Positions 15,427 through 26,336 are shown, counted from the first letter of the stretch. The stretch is 41,841 nucleotides of DNA from Acidimicrobiales bacterium (GCA_036745995.1 DAIOEY010000001.1:1-41841), one strand, 5' to 3'. Notes: a model not told the origin generated them from the sequence alone. Numbers and translations: made by a program.

Positions 15427-16149
15427 TTATTCGGCCGGTTCGCTCGCGGCGTCCTCAACAGGCGCCTCGGTGGTTTCGGCTGCTTCGTCGACCACGGGGG
15501 CCTCCTCTTCAACCGCGACCTCCGCGACAGGTGCCGCGGCGTCGTCGCTCGCTGCGGGTGCAGCTTCCTCGACCCCGGCCGGAGTCTCGGCGGCTTCGAC
15601 CTCTTCGACCACCGGGGCGGCCACGGGGCCACCCTTCGAGTCAATGAGGGCCGAGAGGCCGTAGGCGAAGTTTTGCGGCAGGGCCTTCAAGAGTCCGGCC
15701 ATGGTGCGAAGTGGTGAGGCCAACAGTCCGGCGAACTGCGCGAGCAGCACGTCGCGACTCGGCAGATCGGCGAGGGCCGTGAGGTCCTTCAGCGTCAGCG
15801 CCTTGCCGTCGGCGACGCCGCCCTTGACGATGAGCGTCGGCGTCTCGCGCGCGAAGTCGCGCAACGTCTTGGCGACTGCGGAGACGTCACCGTCGACGAA
15901 GGCGATCGCGGTGGGGCCGTGGAGGAACTCGCCCAAGGACTCGACCGCGGTGCCACTGATGGCGCGCAACACGAGGGTGTTCTTGAAGACCTTGTAGTCG
16001 GCGCCGATCGAACGCAGTTGACGGCGCAGCGACGAGATCTGGGCGACGGTCATGCCGCGGTACTCGGTGACGACGGCGGTCGAGGAGGCGTCGACGCGCG
16101 ACTTGACCTCGTCGACGGTGGCGACCTTGTCGGGGCGAACCTTGCTCAT
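15427..16149 (-). CDS. rplJ: 50S ribosomal protein L10 with a long acidic C-terminal tail
   Basis: [30 protein letters not shown]; about 68-aa A/E/P-rich tail. Confidence 0.97.
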   Translation of the reverse strand: MSKVRPDKVATVDEVKSRVDASSTAVVTEYRGMTVAQISSLRRQLRSIGADYKVFKNTLVLRAISGTAVESLGEFLHGPTAIAFVDGDVSAVAKTLRDFARETPTLIVKGGVADGKALTLKDLTALADLPSRDVLLAQFAGLLASPLRTMAGLLKALPQNFAYGLSALIDSKGGPVAAPVVEEVEAAETPAGVEEAAPAASDDAAAPVAEVAVEEEAPVVDEAAETTEAPVEDAASEPAE

Positions 16150-16164
16150 ACTGACTCCTTCACC

Positions 16165-16295
16165 GGATGCCGCCCGGTACGGGCCTCGACATCCAAGCGA
16201 ACAAGTCGGTCCCGAGGGAACAACTCGAACTCCTCGTCAGGCGGACCGGATGGTCGCTTTAAGCGGGCGTACCCGCACCGGATGTCTTCGGCGTT
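16165..16295 (-). promoter_or_regulatory. L10 leader (autogenous L10-L12 control RNA); boundaries approximate
   Basis: CCGAAGAC...GG...TTAA...CC...CGAGG pattern on the minus strand upstream of rplJ, as I recall it for known L10 leaders. Confidence 0.7.
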
Positions 16296-16331
16296 CTCTA
16301 CATCTGTGGCACAGCGTCGTGCGAGTGTTCC

Positions 16332-16361
16332 ATCGTAGTGACGCGCACTCACGCGCGTCAA
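16332..16361 (-). promoter_or_regulatory. Putative rplJ promoter
   Basis: TTGACG-18 nt-TACGAT, overlapped by a 9-bp inverted repeat. Confidence 0.6.
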
Positions 16362-16369
16362 AACGTTCG

Positions 16370-17086
16370 CTAGGCCGTAGCCAGCACCTCATCGTTGTCG
16401 CGCGAGCGACTGGGGTCGATCTTGACGCCCGGTCCCATGGTCGAAGAAACGGTCGCACTCAAGACGTAGCGGCCCTTGGCGCTCGAGGGCTTCACGCGCA
16501 CGATCTCGTCGATGACGGCCTGCACGTTGCGAACGAGGTCGTCACGACTGAAGCTCACCTTGCCGACGCGCAACTGCACGTTGCCGATCTTGTCGGTGCG
16601 GTACTCGACGCGCCCACCCTTGAACTCACTGACCGCCTTGGCGACGTCCATGGTCACGGTGCCCGTCTTGGGGTTGGGCATGAGTCCGCGGGGTCCGAGG
16701 ACGCGACCGAGACCACCGACCTGACCCATGAGGTCCGGCGTCGCGATCGCGATGTCGAAGTCAAGGAATCCACCGGCGACCTTGGCGACGAGATCCTCGG
16801 CACCGACCTCGTCGGCACCGGCGTCGCGCGCCGCCTGGGCGGCTTCGCCCGCGGCGAAGACGACCACGCGGTTGGTCTTACCCGTACCGGCCGGCAGTGA
16901 GATCGTGCCGCGCACGATCTGCTCGGCCTTGCGCGGGTCCACGCCGAGGCGGATCGCCAGCTCGACGGTCTCGTCGAACTTCGCGGTGCTGAGCTTCTTC
17001 ACCTTCTCGACGGCGTCGACGACCGAGAGGAGTTCCTCGCGGTCGACCTGCGCCAGGGCGTTCGTGTAGTTCTTTCCGTGCTTCAT
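16370..17086 (-). CDS. rplA: 50S ribosomal protein L1
   Basis: [31 protein letters not shown]. Confidence 0.98.
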   Translation of the reverse strand: MKHGKNYTNALAQVDREELLSVVDAVEKVKKLSTAKFDETVELAIRLGVDPRKAEQIVRGTISLPAGTGKTNRVVVFAAGEAAQAARDAGADEVGAEDLVAKVAGGFLDFDIAIATPDLMGQVGGLGRVLGPRGLMPNPKTGTVTMDVAKAVSEFKGGRVEYRTDKIGNVQLRVGKVSFSRDDLVRNVQAVIDEIVRVKPSSAKGRYVLSATVSSTMGPGVKIDPSRSRDNDEVLATA

Positions 17087-17095
17087 TCGTGTCTC

Positions 17096-17521
17096 CTAGC
17101 CCGCCACCGAGATGCCCATGGAACGGGCCGTGCCCGCCACCTGCAGCTTGGCCATCTCGAGGTCGTCGGTGTTGAGGTCCTTCAGTTTGGTCTTGGCGAT
17201 CTCTTCGACCTGGTCCATCGTGACCGTCGCGACCGTCTCTCGTCCCGCAAGGTGCGCGCCCTTGGCGACACCGGCCGCTTGGCGCAGGAGCACCGGCGTC
17301 GGCGGGGTCTTCAGGACGAACGTGAACGAACGGTCCTCGTAGATCGAGATGTCGACCGGGATCACCGTGCCGCGCATCGACTCGGTCGCGGCGTTGTACT
17401 GCTTGCAGAACTCCATCGTCTGGATCCCGTGCGGTCCGAGCGCGGTGCCGACGGGCGGCGCGGGGGTCGCCCCACCAGCCTCCAGCTGGATCTTCACTAC
17501 TGCGACAACCTTCTTAGCCAT
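17096..17521 (-). CDS. rplK: 50S ribosomal protein L11
   Basis: [26 protein letters not shown]. Confidence 0.98.
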   Translation of the reverse strand: MAKKVVAVVKIQLEAGGATPAPPVGTALGPHGIQTMEFCKQYNAATESMRGTVIPVDISIYEDRSFTFVLKTPPTPVLLRQAAGVAKGAHLAGRETVATVTMDQVEEIAKTKLKDLNTDDLEMAKLQVAGTARSMGISVAG

Positions 17522-17544
17522 GGCTTTCTCCTTGCACCAGTTCT

Positions 17545-18207
17545 CTAGAGCTTCGTGACCTGCGTGAAGTCCAGCTCCACGGGGGTCTCTCGACCGAATA
17601 TGTCGACCAGCACCTTGACCTTCAATTGGTCTTCGTTGATCTCGGCGACGTGGCCCGAGAACGTCGCGAACGGCCCGGTCTTTATCTGCACGGTGTCGTT
17701 CACTTCGAACTCGTGGGTCGGCATGCGGCGCTTAGCGACCGGCTGCTCGACACCCTCGACGTGGGGACGAATGATGTTGTCCACCTCGCGCCGCGTCAGC
17801 GCCGTCGGACGGGTCTTCTCTGCGCCGACGAAACCGGTGACGCCTGGCGTCGAACCGATCACGTAGAAGATCTCGGGGTCCGGCTCACAGCGGATCAAGA
17901 GGTAGCTCGGGAACATCCGCTTGGAGACCGTGACCTTCTTGCCGGACTTGAACTCGGTGACGTCTTCTTCGGGCAGGTAGATCTCGTAGATGCTGTCGCT
18001 CAACTCGCGCGACTTGATGATGTTGTTCAGTGCCCCGATGACCTTCTGCTCGTGGCCGGCGAAGGTGTGCACGATGTACCAGCGACCGGGACGGTCAAAG
18101 GCGCTCTCGACGACGGGCTCCTCGACGTCCTCGATGATCGTGACGTCGAGAATCTCGGGTTCGCCGACGTGCGGGTCTTCGTTCACGGTGGTGTCCATGT
18201 CGCTCAT
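17545..18207 (-). CDS. nusG: Transcription factor NusG
   Basis: [18 protein letters not shown] motif [18 protein letters not shown]; synteny secE-nusG-rplK. Confidence 0.97.
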   Translation of the reverse strand: MSDMDTTVNEDPHVGEPEILDVTIIEDVEEPVVESAFDRPGRWYIVHTFAGHEQKVIGALNNIIKSRELSDSIYEIYLPEEDVTEFKSGKKVTVSKRMFPSYLLIRCEPDPEIFYVIGSTPGVTGFVGAEKTRPTALTRREVDNIIRPHVEGVEQPVAKRRMPTHEFEVNDTVQIKTGPFATFSGHVAEINEDQLKVKVLVDIFGRETPVELDFTQVTKL

Positions 18208-18217
18208 TGTGATCGCC

Positions 18218-18517
18218 TTACTTCTGGAAGAGGAACGTTACGAACTTCGAGAAGCCGTAACCGAGGCCGAAAATCAGCGAGGACATGAACACGAGGACGA
18301 AGAAGACGATGGTCGTGTAATTGATCACTTCGGGACGCGTCGGCCAGGCGACCTGGCGCATCTCCTCGCGGATCTCACGAAAGAACTGAGCGGGCTTCGT
18401 GCGTTGTCCGCGTCGACGCTGCAGATCCTGCGACGACGTGGCGCGTCGAGGTGCGGCGGTGCCGTCGGCACCCACCTGACCCTGTCGCTGCATCATGCGC
18501 TTCTGTTCGCGGTTCAT
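18218..18517 (-). CDS. secE: Preprotein translocase subunit SecE
   Basis: EMRQVAWPTR motif plus one C-terminal TM helix. Confidence 0.95.
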   Translation of the reverse strand: MNREQKRMMQRQGQVGADGTAAPRRATSSQDLQRRRGQRTKPAQFFREIREEMRQVAWPTRPEVINYTTIVFFVLVFMSSLIFGLGYGFSKFVTFLFQK

Positions 18518-18569
18518 CTCACGTCTCTCGATATTCGTAGCGGTACTTCGTGTCGAAACATTCCTCGCG

Positions 18570-18642
18570 CAGGGCAGGAGGGACTCGAACCCCCAACCCC
18601 CGGTTTTGGAGACCGGTGCTCTACCAATTGAGCCACTGCCCT
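18570..18642 (-). tRNA. tRNA-Trp (CCA); 3' CCA not encoded
   Basis: Acceptor AGGGCAG/CTGCCCT, anticodon loop CTCCAAA, GGTTCGA T-loop; upstream of secE. Confidence 0.97.
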
Positions 18643-18716
18643 TCGCGGTCAGCCACCGAAACCAGGTGGTTGGCCGTAGGGAAGATAAATCTTACCATTC
18701 CCGCGGGCGATACCCC

Positions 18717-18881
18717 CTAGCGGGTCTCCTTGTGCAACGTGTGCTTGCGCTCCCACTGGCAGTACTTGGACATCTCGATGCGCTCGCGGTCGTTGACCTT
18801 GTTCTTCATCGTGATGTAGTTGCGTCGCTTGCACTCCTCGCAGGCCAGGGTCACCTGTACGCGCTTTTCGTTCTTCGCCAT
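18717..18881 (-). CDS. rpmG: 50S ribosomal protein L33 (54 aa; below the ORF-track cutoff)
   Basis: [62 protein letters not shown]. Confidence 0.96.
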   Translation of the reverse strand: MAKNEKRVQVTLACEECKRRNYITMKNKVNDRERIEMSKYCQWERKHTLHKETR

Positions 18882-18942
18882 CGTTTCTCCTCAAATGTTG
18901 ATGCTGCGTACTTCGTACTGCGTCGGGCCCACTGGTCCTGCC

Positions 18943-19019
18943 TGGTAGCGGCGGCGGGAGTCGAACCCGCGACACCACGATTATGAGCCGTGTGCTCTAA
19001 CCACCTGAGCTACGCCGCC
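18943..19019 (-). tRNA. tRNA-Met (CAT), probably elongator; 3' CCA encoded
   Basis: GGCGGCGTAGCTCAG...CTCATAA...GGTTCGACTCCCGCCGCCGCTACCA. Confidence 0.93.
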
Positions 19020-19024
19020 TGGCG

Positions 19025-19096
<72 letters not shown>

Positions 19097-19180
19097 GCCG
19101 CGTCGTAAAAAGACGCGAGGGGGAATTGTACTCCGGCCAAGGCTAATCTTTCCAACCGGCTCGCGACTACCCTTTAGCGC

Positions 19181-19714
19181 ATGAGAACACGCCTGGTCGA
19201 ACTCGACGACGCCCAGGCGCTCATGAATATCCTCAATCCCGAGATTATCGAGACGTCGGTCAGTTTTGACCTCGTGCCGAGGGTGCTCTCCGAACAGGAG
19301 TCCTGGATCCGCGCCCATCAGGCCACCCATCCGTGCATCGTGGCCGTCAACGAGGACGACGACATGGGTGAGACCGGCGCCCGGGGTGAGAGAATCCTCG
19401 GTTTCGCCCTCGTCTCGCCGTTTCGCGACCGACCGGCGTACGCGACGACCGTCGAGAACTCGGTGTACGTCTTTCGCCAAGCCCGCGGGCGCGGCGTCGG
19501 CGAGGTGTTACTGCGCGAACTGATCAACACCGCCCAGGAATCGGGGTTCCACTCGCTGATCGCGCGGATCGTCGGCGAGAACGAGGGTTCGATCCGCCTG
19601 CACGAGAAGTGCGGCTTCACGCTGGTCGGCACCGAGATCGAGGTCGGTCGAAAGCACGGACGCTGGCTCGACGTCGTCGAGTACCAGTACGTTATACCTG
19701 ATCGGCGCTGCTAA
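19181..19714 (+). CDS. GNAT N-acetyltransferase, phosphinothricin/methionine-sulfoximine acetyltransferase (Pat/MddA-like) family
   Basis: YATTVENSVYV, RGRGVG, NEGSIRLHEKCGF, VGRKHGRWLD. Confidence 0.85.
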   Translation: MRTRLVELDDAQALMNILNPEIIETSVSFDLVPRVLSEQESWIRAHQATHPCIVAVNEDDDMGETGARGERILGFALVSPFRDRPAYATTVENSVYVFRQARGRGVGEVLLRELINTAQESGFHSLIARIVGENEGSIRLHEKCGFTLVGTEIEVGRKHGRWLDVVEYQYVIPDRRC

Positions 19715-21324
19715 ACCCCGAGTTCGACCACCTGCTCGGGCCAGGACCACTGCGTCCAGCGCCCCATGGGCGCGACGAGCACCCCACCGAGGATCGCGAC
19801 CGCCAGGGCGATGAGCAGCGGATTGCTGTGCACGAGTCCGGCGAGCAGCTGGCGGCCCCCGGGAAGGCCGACGAACGGACCCGTGATCGACAGGGCGAGC
19901 AGCCAGAAGTGTTCACGCCCGTGATAACTGGCGGCGAGCAGGATCAGTCCCCACGCGAGGTACCAGGGTTGGACGACCGGGCCGAGTTCGACGAGAAGGA
20001 TCAGCGACAGCCCGAGCGAGCGCACCCACCCTCGGCGTTCCCCGTGCCAGAGCAGCCAGAGCGCGAAGCCGCCCGCCACCAAGAGACCGAAGGAGCGCGT
20101 CACCGAGAGCACGGTCGCGACTCCCAAGCCGTGCCATCCAAGCGCGTGGGCCGTGTTGGTGATCGCCATCCCCAGTCCGGTCGCCGGCGCGGCCCAGGAC
20201 CGCACGGTCCCGTTCGAGAGCAGGTTCTTCACCCACCCGAAACCAAAGCCCGCGAGCCACGTCCACGTGCCGAGCGTCGCCGCGGCGACGCCGCTCGCGA
20301 TGAGTATCGGACGCAGTCGCTCTTTGACCGTCGCCTGCGGCCCACGCCAGGTCCACGCGACGTACGCGAGTCCGAGTGCCGCCGGCGCCTTGATGGCCGC
20401 AGCGCACGAACAGAAGAAGAGTGCCCAGACCGGATGTCGCTTCACGGCGAGCGCGATGCCCACGACGAGGAACCCCGCCATGATCGCGTCGTTGTGCGCA
20501 CCACCGATCAACGTCAGCAGCACGAGTGGATTCATGGCGCTGAGTACGAACGCCTCGCCGGGGTCGCGATGCAGTCCGCGCGCGAGCATCGCGACGCCGT
20601 AACCGATCATCACGACGGCCGCGACCTCCAAAAGTCGTAGGCCGACGACCGTGGCCAGCTGATTGTGACGCGTGATCTTCGCGATGGAGCCGTCGAGGAA
20701 GAGGAAGAAGGGCCCGTAGGGCGCCGGAGCGTTCTGCCAGAGAGGGTCGACCGGATTGACGTACGGCGACGATCCGAGCGTGAAAGGCCCAAAGAGATAG
20801 GGGCTCAAATGGTGACTCGTCATCTCGCCCTGGGCCGCGTAACTGAAGACGTCGCGAGAGAAGAGCGGGGGCGCCACGATCATTGGCGTCGCCCACAGCA
20901 GCAGCATCCACCACAACGACTTGAGCGACGCGCCACGATGCAGTTTCATCACTTCGGCCAGACGCAGCCACACCCGCATCAGAAGCAGGAGTCCCCCGTA
21001 GACGAGCACGATGGACAAGAGGAACTTCGTCTCGCTCGGCGTCCCGCTCGCCCCGCTCGAGGGCTCACCGAAGAACCAGGTCTTGGTCATGTCGAGTTTG
21101 AACGGCGAGTTCGTGAACGACACGCCCGCGAGCAGCAGCACCATCGCCGTGAAGCCCAGCGCCGCGGGCTGCCAGAGGAAGCGCCAACCTTCGAAGGGAC
21201 CCGGCGTGAATCGACCAAGCGGGGTGTAGCGGTGCTCGAGCAGTTGGACGGCGGTTTCGAATCGTGCGGCGGTCCGTTCGTAGGCGTGGCGAATGGCGTT
21301 GGCCCAGGACGTCAGCCGTCTCAC
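19711..21324 (-). CDS. Polyprenol-phosphomannose-dependent alpha-1,6-mannosyltransferase, MptA/MptB-like (GT-C)
   Basis: PPLFSRDVFSYAAQG, PAPYGPFF, NPLV...GGAHNDAIM, VVQPWY, many TM segments; GTG at 21324 after GAAGGGAG chosen because the longer ORF overlaps tRNA-Tyr. Confidence 0.8.
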   Translation of the reverse strand: MRRLTSWANAIRHAYERTAARFETAVQLLEHRYTPLGRFTPGPFEGWRFLWQPAALGFTAMVLLLAGVSFTNSPFKLDMTKTWFFGEPSSGASGTPSETKFLLSIVLVYGGLLLLMRVWLRLAEVMKLHRGASLKSLWWMLLLWATPMIVAPPLFSRDVFSYAAQGEMTSHHLSPYLFGPFTLGSSPYVNPVDPLWQNAPAPYGPFFLFLDGSIAKITRHNQLATVVGLRLLEVAAVVMIGYGVAMLARGLHRDPGEAFVLSAMNPLVLLTLIGGAHNDAIMAGFLVVGIALAVKRHPVWALFFCSCAAAIKAPAALGLAYVAWTWRGPQATVKERLRPILIASGVAAATLGTWTWLAGFGFGWVKNLLSNGTVRSWAAPATGLGMAITNTAHALGWHGLGVATVLSVTRSFGLLVAGGFALWLLWHGERRGWVRSLGLSLILLVELGPVVQPWYLAWGLILLAASYHGREHFWLLALSITGPFVGLPGGRQLLAGLVHSNPLLIALAVAILGGVLVAPMGRWTQWSWPEQVVELGV

Positions 21325-21381
21325 CGCGCTCCCTTCTTTTCGAACAACGCCACCGTACTCCGCTCGTTCTTTTTCGGGCAG

Positions 21382-21409
21382 GGCCAATCCAGCTCTCGCT
21401 GAATTGGCC
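21382..21409 (-). terminator. Hairpin immediately 3' of tRNA-Tyr (terminator or processing stem)
   Basis: GGCCAATTCAGC-GAGA-GCTGGATTGGCC, GNRA loop, no U-tract. Confidence 0.45.
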
Positions 21410-21410
21410 T

Positions 21411-21495
21411 TGGTGGGCCGGGAGGGATTTGAACCCCCGTAGGCAAAGCCGTCTGGTTTACAGCCAGATCCCATTGGCCGCTCGGGCACCGGCCC
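21411..21495 (-). tRNA. tRNA-Tyr (GTA); 3' CCA encoded
   Basis: Acceptor GGGCCGG/CCGGCCC, loop CTGTAAA, long variable arm; TATGAT -10 box 7 nt upstream. Confidence 0.97.
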
Positions 21496-21559
21496 GCCGC
21501 GAATCATACTTGGCGCAACGTCTCGCCACCAACCGCCGCTGAGCATCTACGCTTTGGCC

Positions 21560-22048
21560 ATGCCGAGTTTCGACGTCGTCTCCGAGATCGACCTGCAGGA
21601 GGTTCGCAACGCCGTCGATCAGACGAACCGCGAAGCGACGACGCGGTTCGACTTCAAGAACACCAACGCCAAGGTCGAGTTCGCAGAGAAGGAACTCACC
21701 CTGAGTGCCTCAACGGAGGACCGGCTTCGCGCGCTCTACCAACTGCTCGAAGAGAAGATGGTGAAGCGGTCGGTCTCCCTCAAGGCCCTCGACCCGGGCA
21801 AGATCGACGAGGCGAGCCAGGGCGCCGCCCGCCAGAAGATCGCTCTGAAGGCGGGCATCTCCCAAGAGGTCGGCAAGCAGATCAACAAGATGGTCAAGGA
21901 GATGGGCGTCAAGAACCTCAGCTCGTCGATCCAGGGTGACCAGGTGCGCGTCACGGGCAAACAGCGTGACGACCTTCAGCAGGCGATCGCCTTCTTCAGG
22001 GAGGCTGACCTTTCAGTCCCCCTGCAGTTCACCAACTTTCGCGACTAG
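21560..22048 (+). CDS. yajQ: YajQ family nucleotide/cyclic-di-GMP-binding protein
   Basis: MPSFDVVSE, RFDFK, IQGDQVRVTGK, QFTNFRD. Confidence 0.93.
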   Translation: MPSFDVVSEIDLQEVRNAVDQTNREATTRFDFKNTNAKVEFAEKELTLSASTEDRLRALYQLLEEKMVKRSVSLKALDPGKIDEASQGAARQKIALKAGISQEVGKQINKMVKEMGVKNLSSSIQGDQVRVTGKQRDDLQQAIAFFREADLSVPLQFTNFRD

Positions 22049-22551
22049 CGAAGCCCCATCTCCTCCGAGGTGAGGTGCGCCTCGATCTCGTCGAGCGTGT
22101 GGTCGTGGAATATGCGGTTGAAGACCATCATCTTCAGGACCCAGAAGAGTCCGAAACTCAAGACGTTGGTGAACGACACCAGTCCGGTGTTGATCAGGTG
22201 GGCCCAGTGGTGCGAGTGCACTTCGGCGCGCGCCCACGTCGCGCCGATCATCGACACGCCGATGCCGAGCAACGACATCAACCAGAACGGGATGATCTCA
22301 TTGCGAAAGTGGCTGCGGCCGTGCTTGCCCCACGTCCAACTGCGATTGAGGTAGTACGACGGCAGCGTCGCGATGAGGTTGCCGGTGACCGTGGCCCAGA
22401 TCACACCGTGGATGATGTGAAAGCCGTAGAGGACCGCGATCGAAGTGAACGACACCGCCGTCGACACGGCCGAGACCGACGTGAAGCGGATTATCTTGCG
22501 GCCCTGGTGGGAGTGAGACCACGCGAGGAGGCGGTGAAGCTGCTGGGGCAT
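22045..22551 (-). CDS. GtrA-family membrane protein (putative lipid-linked sugar flippase)
   Basis: IIRFTSVS, PSYYLNRSWTW, about four TM helices; ATG 7 nt after TAGGAT. Confidence 0.7.
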   Translation of the reverse strand: MPQQLHRLLAWSHSHQGRKIIRFTSVSAVSTAVSFTSIAVLYGFHIIHGVIWATVTGNLIATLPSYYLNRSWTWGKHGRSHFRNEIIPFWLMSLLGIGVSMIGATWARAEVHSHHWAHLINTGLVSFTNVLSFGLFWVLKMMVFNRIFHDHTLDEIEAHLTSEEMGLR

Positions 22552-22608
22552 GGCGACCATCCTACTGGGCACGGTCCGTCGTAGCGGGCGCGGTGTCACA
22601 ATGGAGAG

Positions 22609-23478
22609 ATGTCCGAAGCCCTCGATCTCCTCATTGACCTGCTCGATCTCGAAACCATTGAAGTAAACGTCTATCGGGGCAAGCACCCAGCCGAGGAGCG
22701 CCAGCGCACCTTCGGCGGCCAGGTCGCGGCGCAGGCCCTAATGGCGGCTGGTCGCACGGTGGAAAAGGGCCGGGTCCACTCGCTGCACTCGTACTTCCTG
22801 CGTCCGGGCGACCCTCGCATCCCGATCCTCTACGAAGTCGACCGCATCCGCGACGGGCGCAGCTTCACCACCCGACGCGTCGTCGCCGTCCAGCACGGCC
22901 GGGCCATCTACAACATGCAGGCCAGCTTTCACACCGAGGAGGTCAGCCTCGAACACCAGGTCGTGATGCCGATCGTGCCCGGGCCCGAGACGGTCGCCCC
23001 ACTTCTCGATCGCATCAAGGCCGAATGGGGCAACGCCGACGAATGGTCGAAACGAGATCACCCGATCGACCAGCGATTCCTCGGCGAACTGCCGTGGAGC
23101 CCCGACCGCGCCAAGGAACCGCGCGGACGGACCTGGATCAGGGCCGACGGCACGTTGGCCGATGATCCTCTCCTGCACGCCTGTGTCGTCACCTACGCGA
23201 GCGACATGAGTCTGCTCGACTCGGTCCTCGCGCCGCACTCGGTTCGTTGGGACGACGGCTCGTTCATGGTCGCGAGCCTCGACCACTGCATGTGGTTCCA
23301 TCGCGACGTGAAAGCCGACGAGTGGATGCTCTACGACACCGACTCACCCATCGCCCACGGTGGACGTGGTCTCGCGCGAGGCTTCCTCTTCAACCAGGCC
23401 GGCGAACTCTGCGTCTCCATGGTCCAGGAGGGACTCACCCGCATGGTCGACCCCGCCGTGCAACACCCGGCTTCGTAG
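22609..23478 (+). CDS. tesB: Acyl-CoA thioesterase II
   Basis: FGGQVAAQAL, HSLHSYFLRPG, RDGRSF, YASD, ASLDHCMWFH, QEG. Confidence 0.93.
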   Translation: MSEALDLLIDLLDLETIEVNVYRGKHPAEERQRTFGGQVAAQALMAAGRTVEKGRVHSLHSYFLRPGDPRIPILYEVDRIRDGRSFTTRRVVAVQHGRAIYNMQASFHTEEVSLEHQVVMPIVPGPETVAPLLDRIKAEWGNADEWSKRDHPIDQRFLGELPWSPDRAKEPRGRTWIRADGTLADDPLLHACVVTYASDMSLLDSVLAPHSVRWDDGSFMVASLDHCMWFHRDVKADEWMLYDTDSPIAHGGRGLARGFLFNQAGELCVSMVQEGLTRMVDPAVQHPAS

Positions 23479-23487
23479 AATCGACGG

Positions 23488-23952
23488 ATGGCTCTCTCGG
23501 GCGCCGTCAACGACTACGAAGCGTCAACCCACGTGCTCCTCGAGGCCGCGCGAAGCGTACGCCAAGACCAACTCGACCGCCGCGTGCCCGGCGGTTGGTC
23601 GGCCCGCCAAATCATCCACCACGTCGCCGACAGTGAAACGCAGTCCTACGTTCGACTGCGACGACTGATCGCCGAGCCCGAGGGATCACTCGTCCAGGGC
23701 TACGACGAGGCGGCGTGGGCCGAGAGCGACGCGTTGGGCTACCGCGACCTGGCGGTCGAGCACTCCCTCGCCGTCTTCGCGTCGGTGCGCGGCGCCTCGC
23801 TCGACGTGTTGCGCCGGCTCAGCGAGGACGACCTCGATCATTACGGCGAGCACTCAGAGTCGGGGCGCTACACCGTCGCCATGTGGCTCGACATCTACGT
23901 GCGCCATCCGCGCGAGCACACCGAGCAGCTGCTCGAAGCGTTGAACGCCTGA
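23488..23952 (+). CDS. DinB/YfiT-superfamily protein (putative metal-dependent thiol transferase/hydrolase)
   Basis: GGWSARQIIHHVADSE, YDEAAWA, HPREH. Confidence 0.75.
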   Translation: MALSGAVNDYEASTHVLLEAARSVRQDQLDRRVPGGWSARQIIHHVADSETQSYVRLRRLIAEPEGSLVQGYDEAAWAESDALGYRDLAVEHSLAVFASVRGASLDVLRRLSEDDLDHYGEHSESGRYTVAMWLDIYVRHPREHTEQLLEALNA

Positions 23953-23953
23953 G

Positions 23954-25225
<1,272 letters not shown>

Positions 25226-25288
25226 AGATCCTCGATTCAACCTAAGGGGGCGGTCCCATCGTAGCCAACTGACCCGTAAACGAGACTT

Positions 25289-26290
25289 TCAGCCGTTTCC
25301 CGACGGTGACATCGTGACGTGATAGATCCGAATTCTGGTCATGTTCGCTCCGGTCGGGGCACCGCTTATCGAGATCGTGAGCGTGGCCTTCTCGCTCACG
25401 GCCGTCGCCAACCGCGTGGGTACGAACGCGAAGGATTGCAAGGGGCCCAACGTGGCGACCAACCGTTGAATCTGTCGGGGACGCCGAGGATTGGCCGGCG
25501 TGAATATCACGGTCAGGGCCACTGCTTGGTTGACGTACGCCGCGTTCGAGACGGACACACCCAGGTGAATCGAGCTGACCGGGGGAAGGATGAGGGTGCC
25601 GTTCGGCGCCGGCAGTGGGGCGGGATCGACCGACACCGCTGCGATCCCGATGCCCCGCCTCAGAGAGAGCGACGGGGCGTTGGCGAGTATCGCGAGTTGC
25701 GACGTTAGATCCATCGTGCCCATCGACGTGGCGTTGGCGATCAGTTTCACGCGACCGGGCTCTTTGACGAGCGACCGGCGAGCAAACGCCCATTCACCGC
25801 TCGTCGTCACGAGGGACGCCTGGGCGACGCGGGTAGTGAGAGGCGTCGTGTTGAGGACCGTCCACGGCAAGCTGAGTGAGCGCGCGACGGTGTCGAGCAG
25901 GACCTGATAGTCGTCGACGCGCTGTTCGGTGAGTTGGGACAGTACCGCGTTGACGTTGTGCGCGAGCACCGGTCGGCGCAACAGCACCGCCTCGTTGGCC
26001 AGCACCGGAAGTTGCTGGGCGATCTGGTTGAGACGCGCGGCGAAGACCGGCCGGGTCAACGTCTGGCCGTTGGTCAGGAGATACGACAACCGCTGGTCGA
26101 ATTCGCTCTCCTGGCCGAGCAGGCCGTTCGCGAGAACGCCAAAGCTCCGGTTTTCACTTCGACGAAGGTCCGCCGCGCTGTGGGCGGACCGGGTGATGTC
26201 GTGGGCGAACAGCAGCACGACCAGCGTCGCCGAGAGTGCGAGTAGTAAGAGCACGTTGTGTCGGCGCCGTTGAGCGCGAGTGCGGGCCAC
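25289..26290 (-). CDS. Hypothetical membrane-anchored/exported protein
   Basis: 333-aa ORF fills the gap between rmuC and gltA; basic N-terminus plus hydrophobic helix, helical middle, beta-rich C-terminus. Confidence 0.7.
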   Translation of the reverse strand: MARTRAQRRRHNVLLLLALSATLVVLLFAHDITRSAHSAADLRRSENRSFGVLANGLLGQESEFDQRLSYLLTNGQTLTRPVFAARLNQIAQQLPVLANEAVLLRRPVLAHNVNAVLSQLTEQRVDDYQVLLDTVARSLSLPWTVLNTTPLTTRVAQASLVTTSGEWAFARRSLVKEPGRVKLIANATSMGTMDLTSQLAILANAPSLSLRRGIGIAAVSVDPAPLPAPNGTLILPPVSSIHLGVSVSNAAYVNQAVALTVIFTPANPRRPRQIQRLVATLGPLQSFAFVPTRLATAVSEKATLTISISGAPTGANMTRIRIYHVTMSPSGNG

Positions 26291-26336
26291 GCCGTAAGAA
26301 CTTACTCACTGCCCATATTGGCGCCGGGCGGCGCCG

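Noticed and set aside
21325..21546. N-terminal extension of the mannosyltransferase ORF through tRNA-Tyr
   Set aside because: Chance open frame across the tRNA; an SD plus GTG at 21324 gives a sensible start.
22552..22686. Longer GtrA-like ORF overlapping the tesB start
   Set aside because: Head-to-head overlap is unlikely; a TAGGAT box sits 7 nt before ATG 22551.
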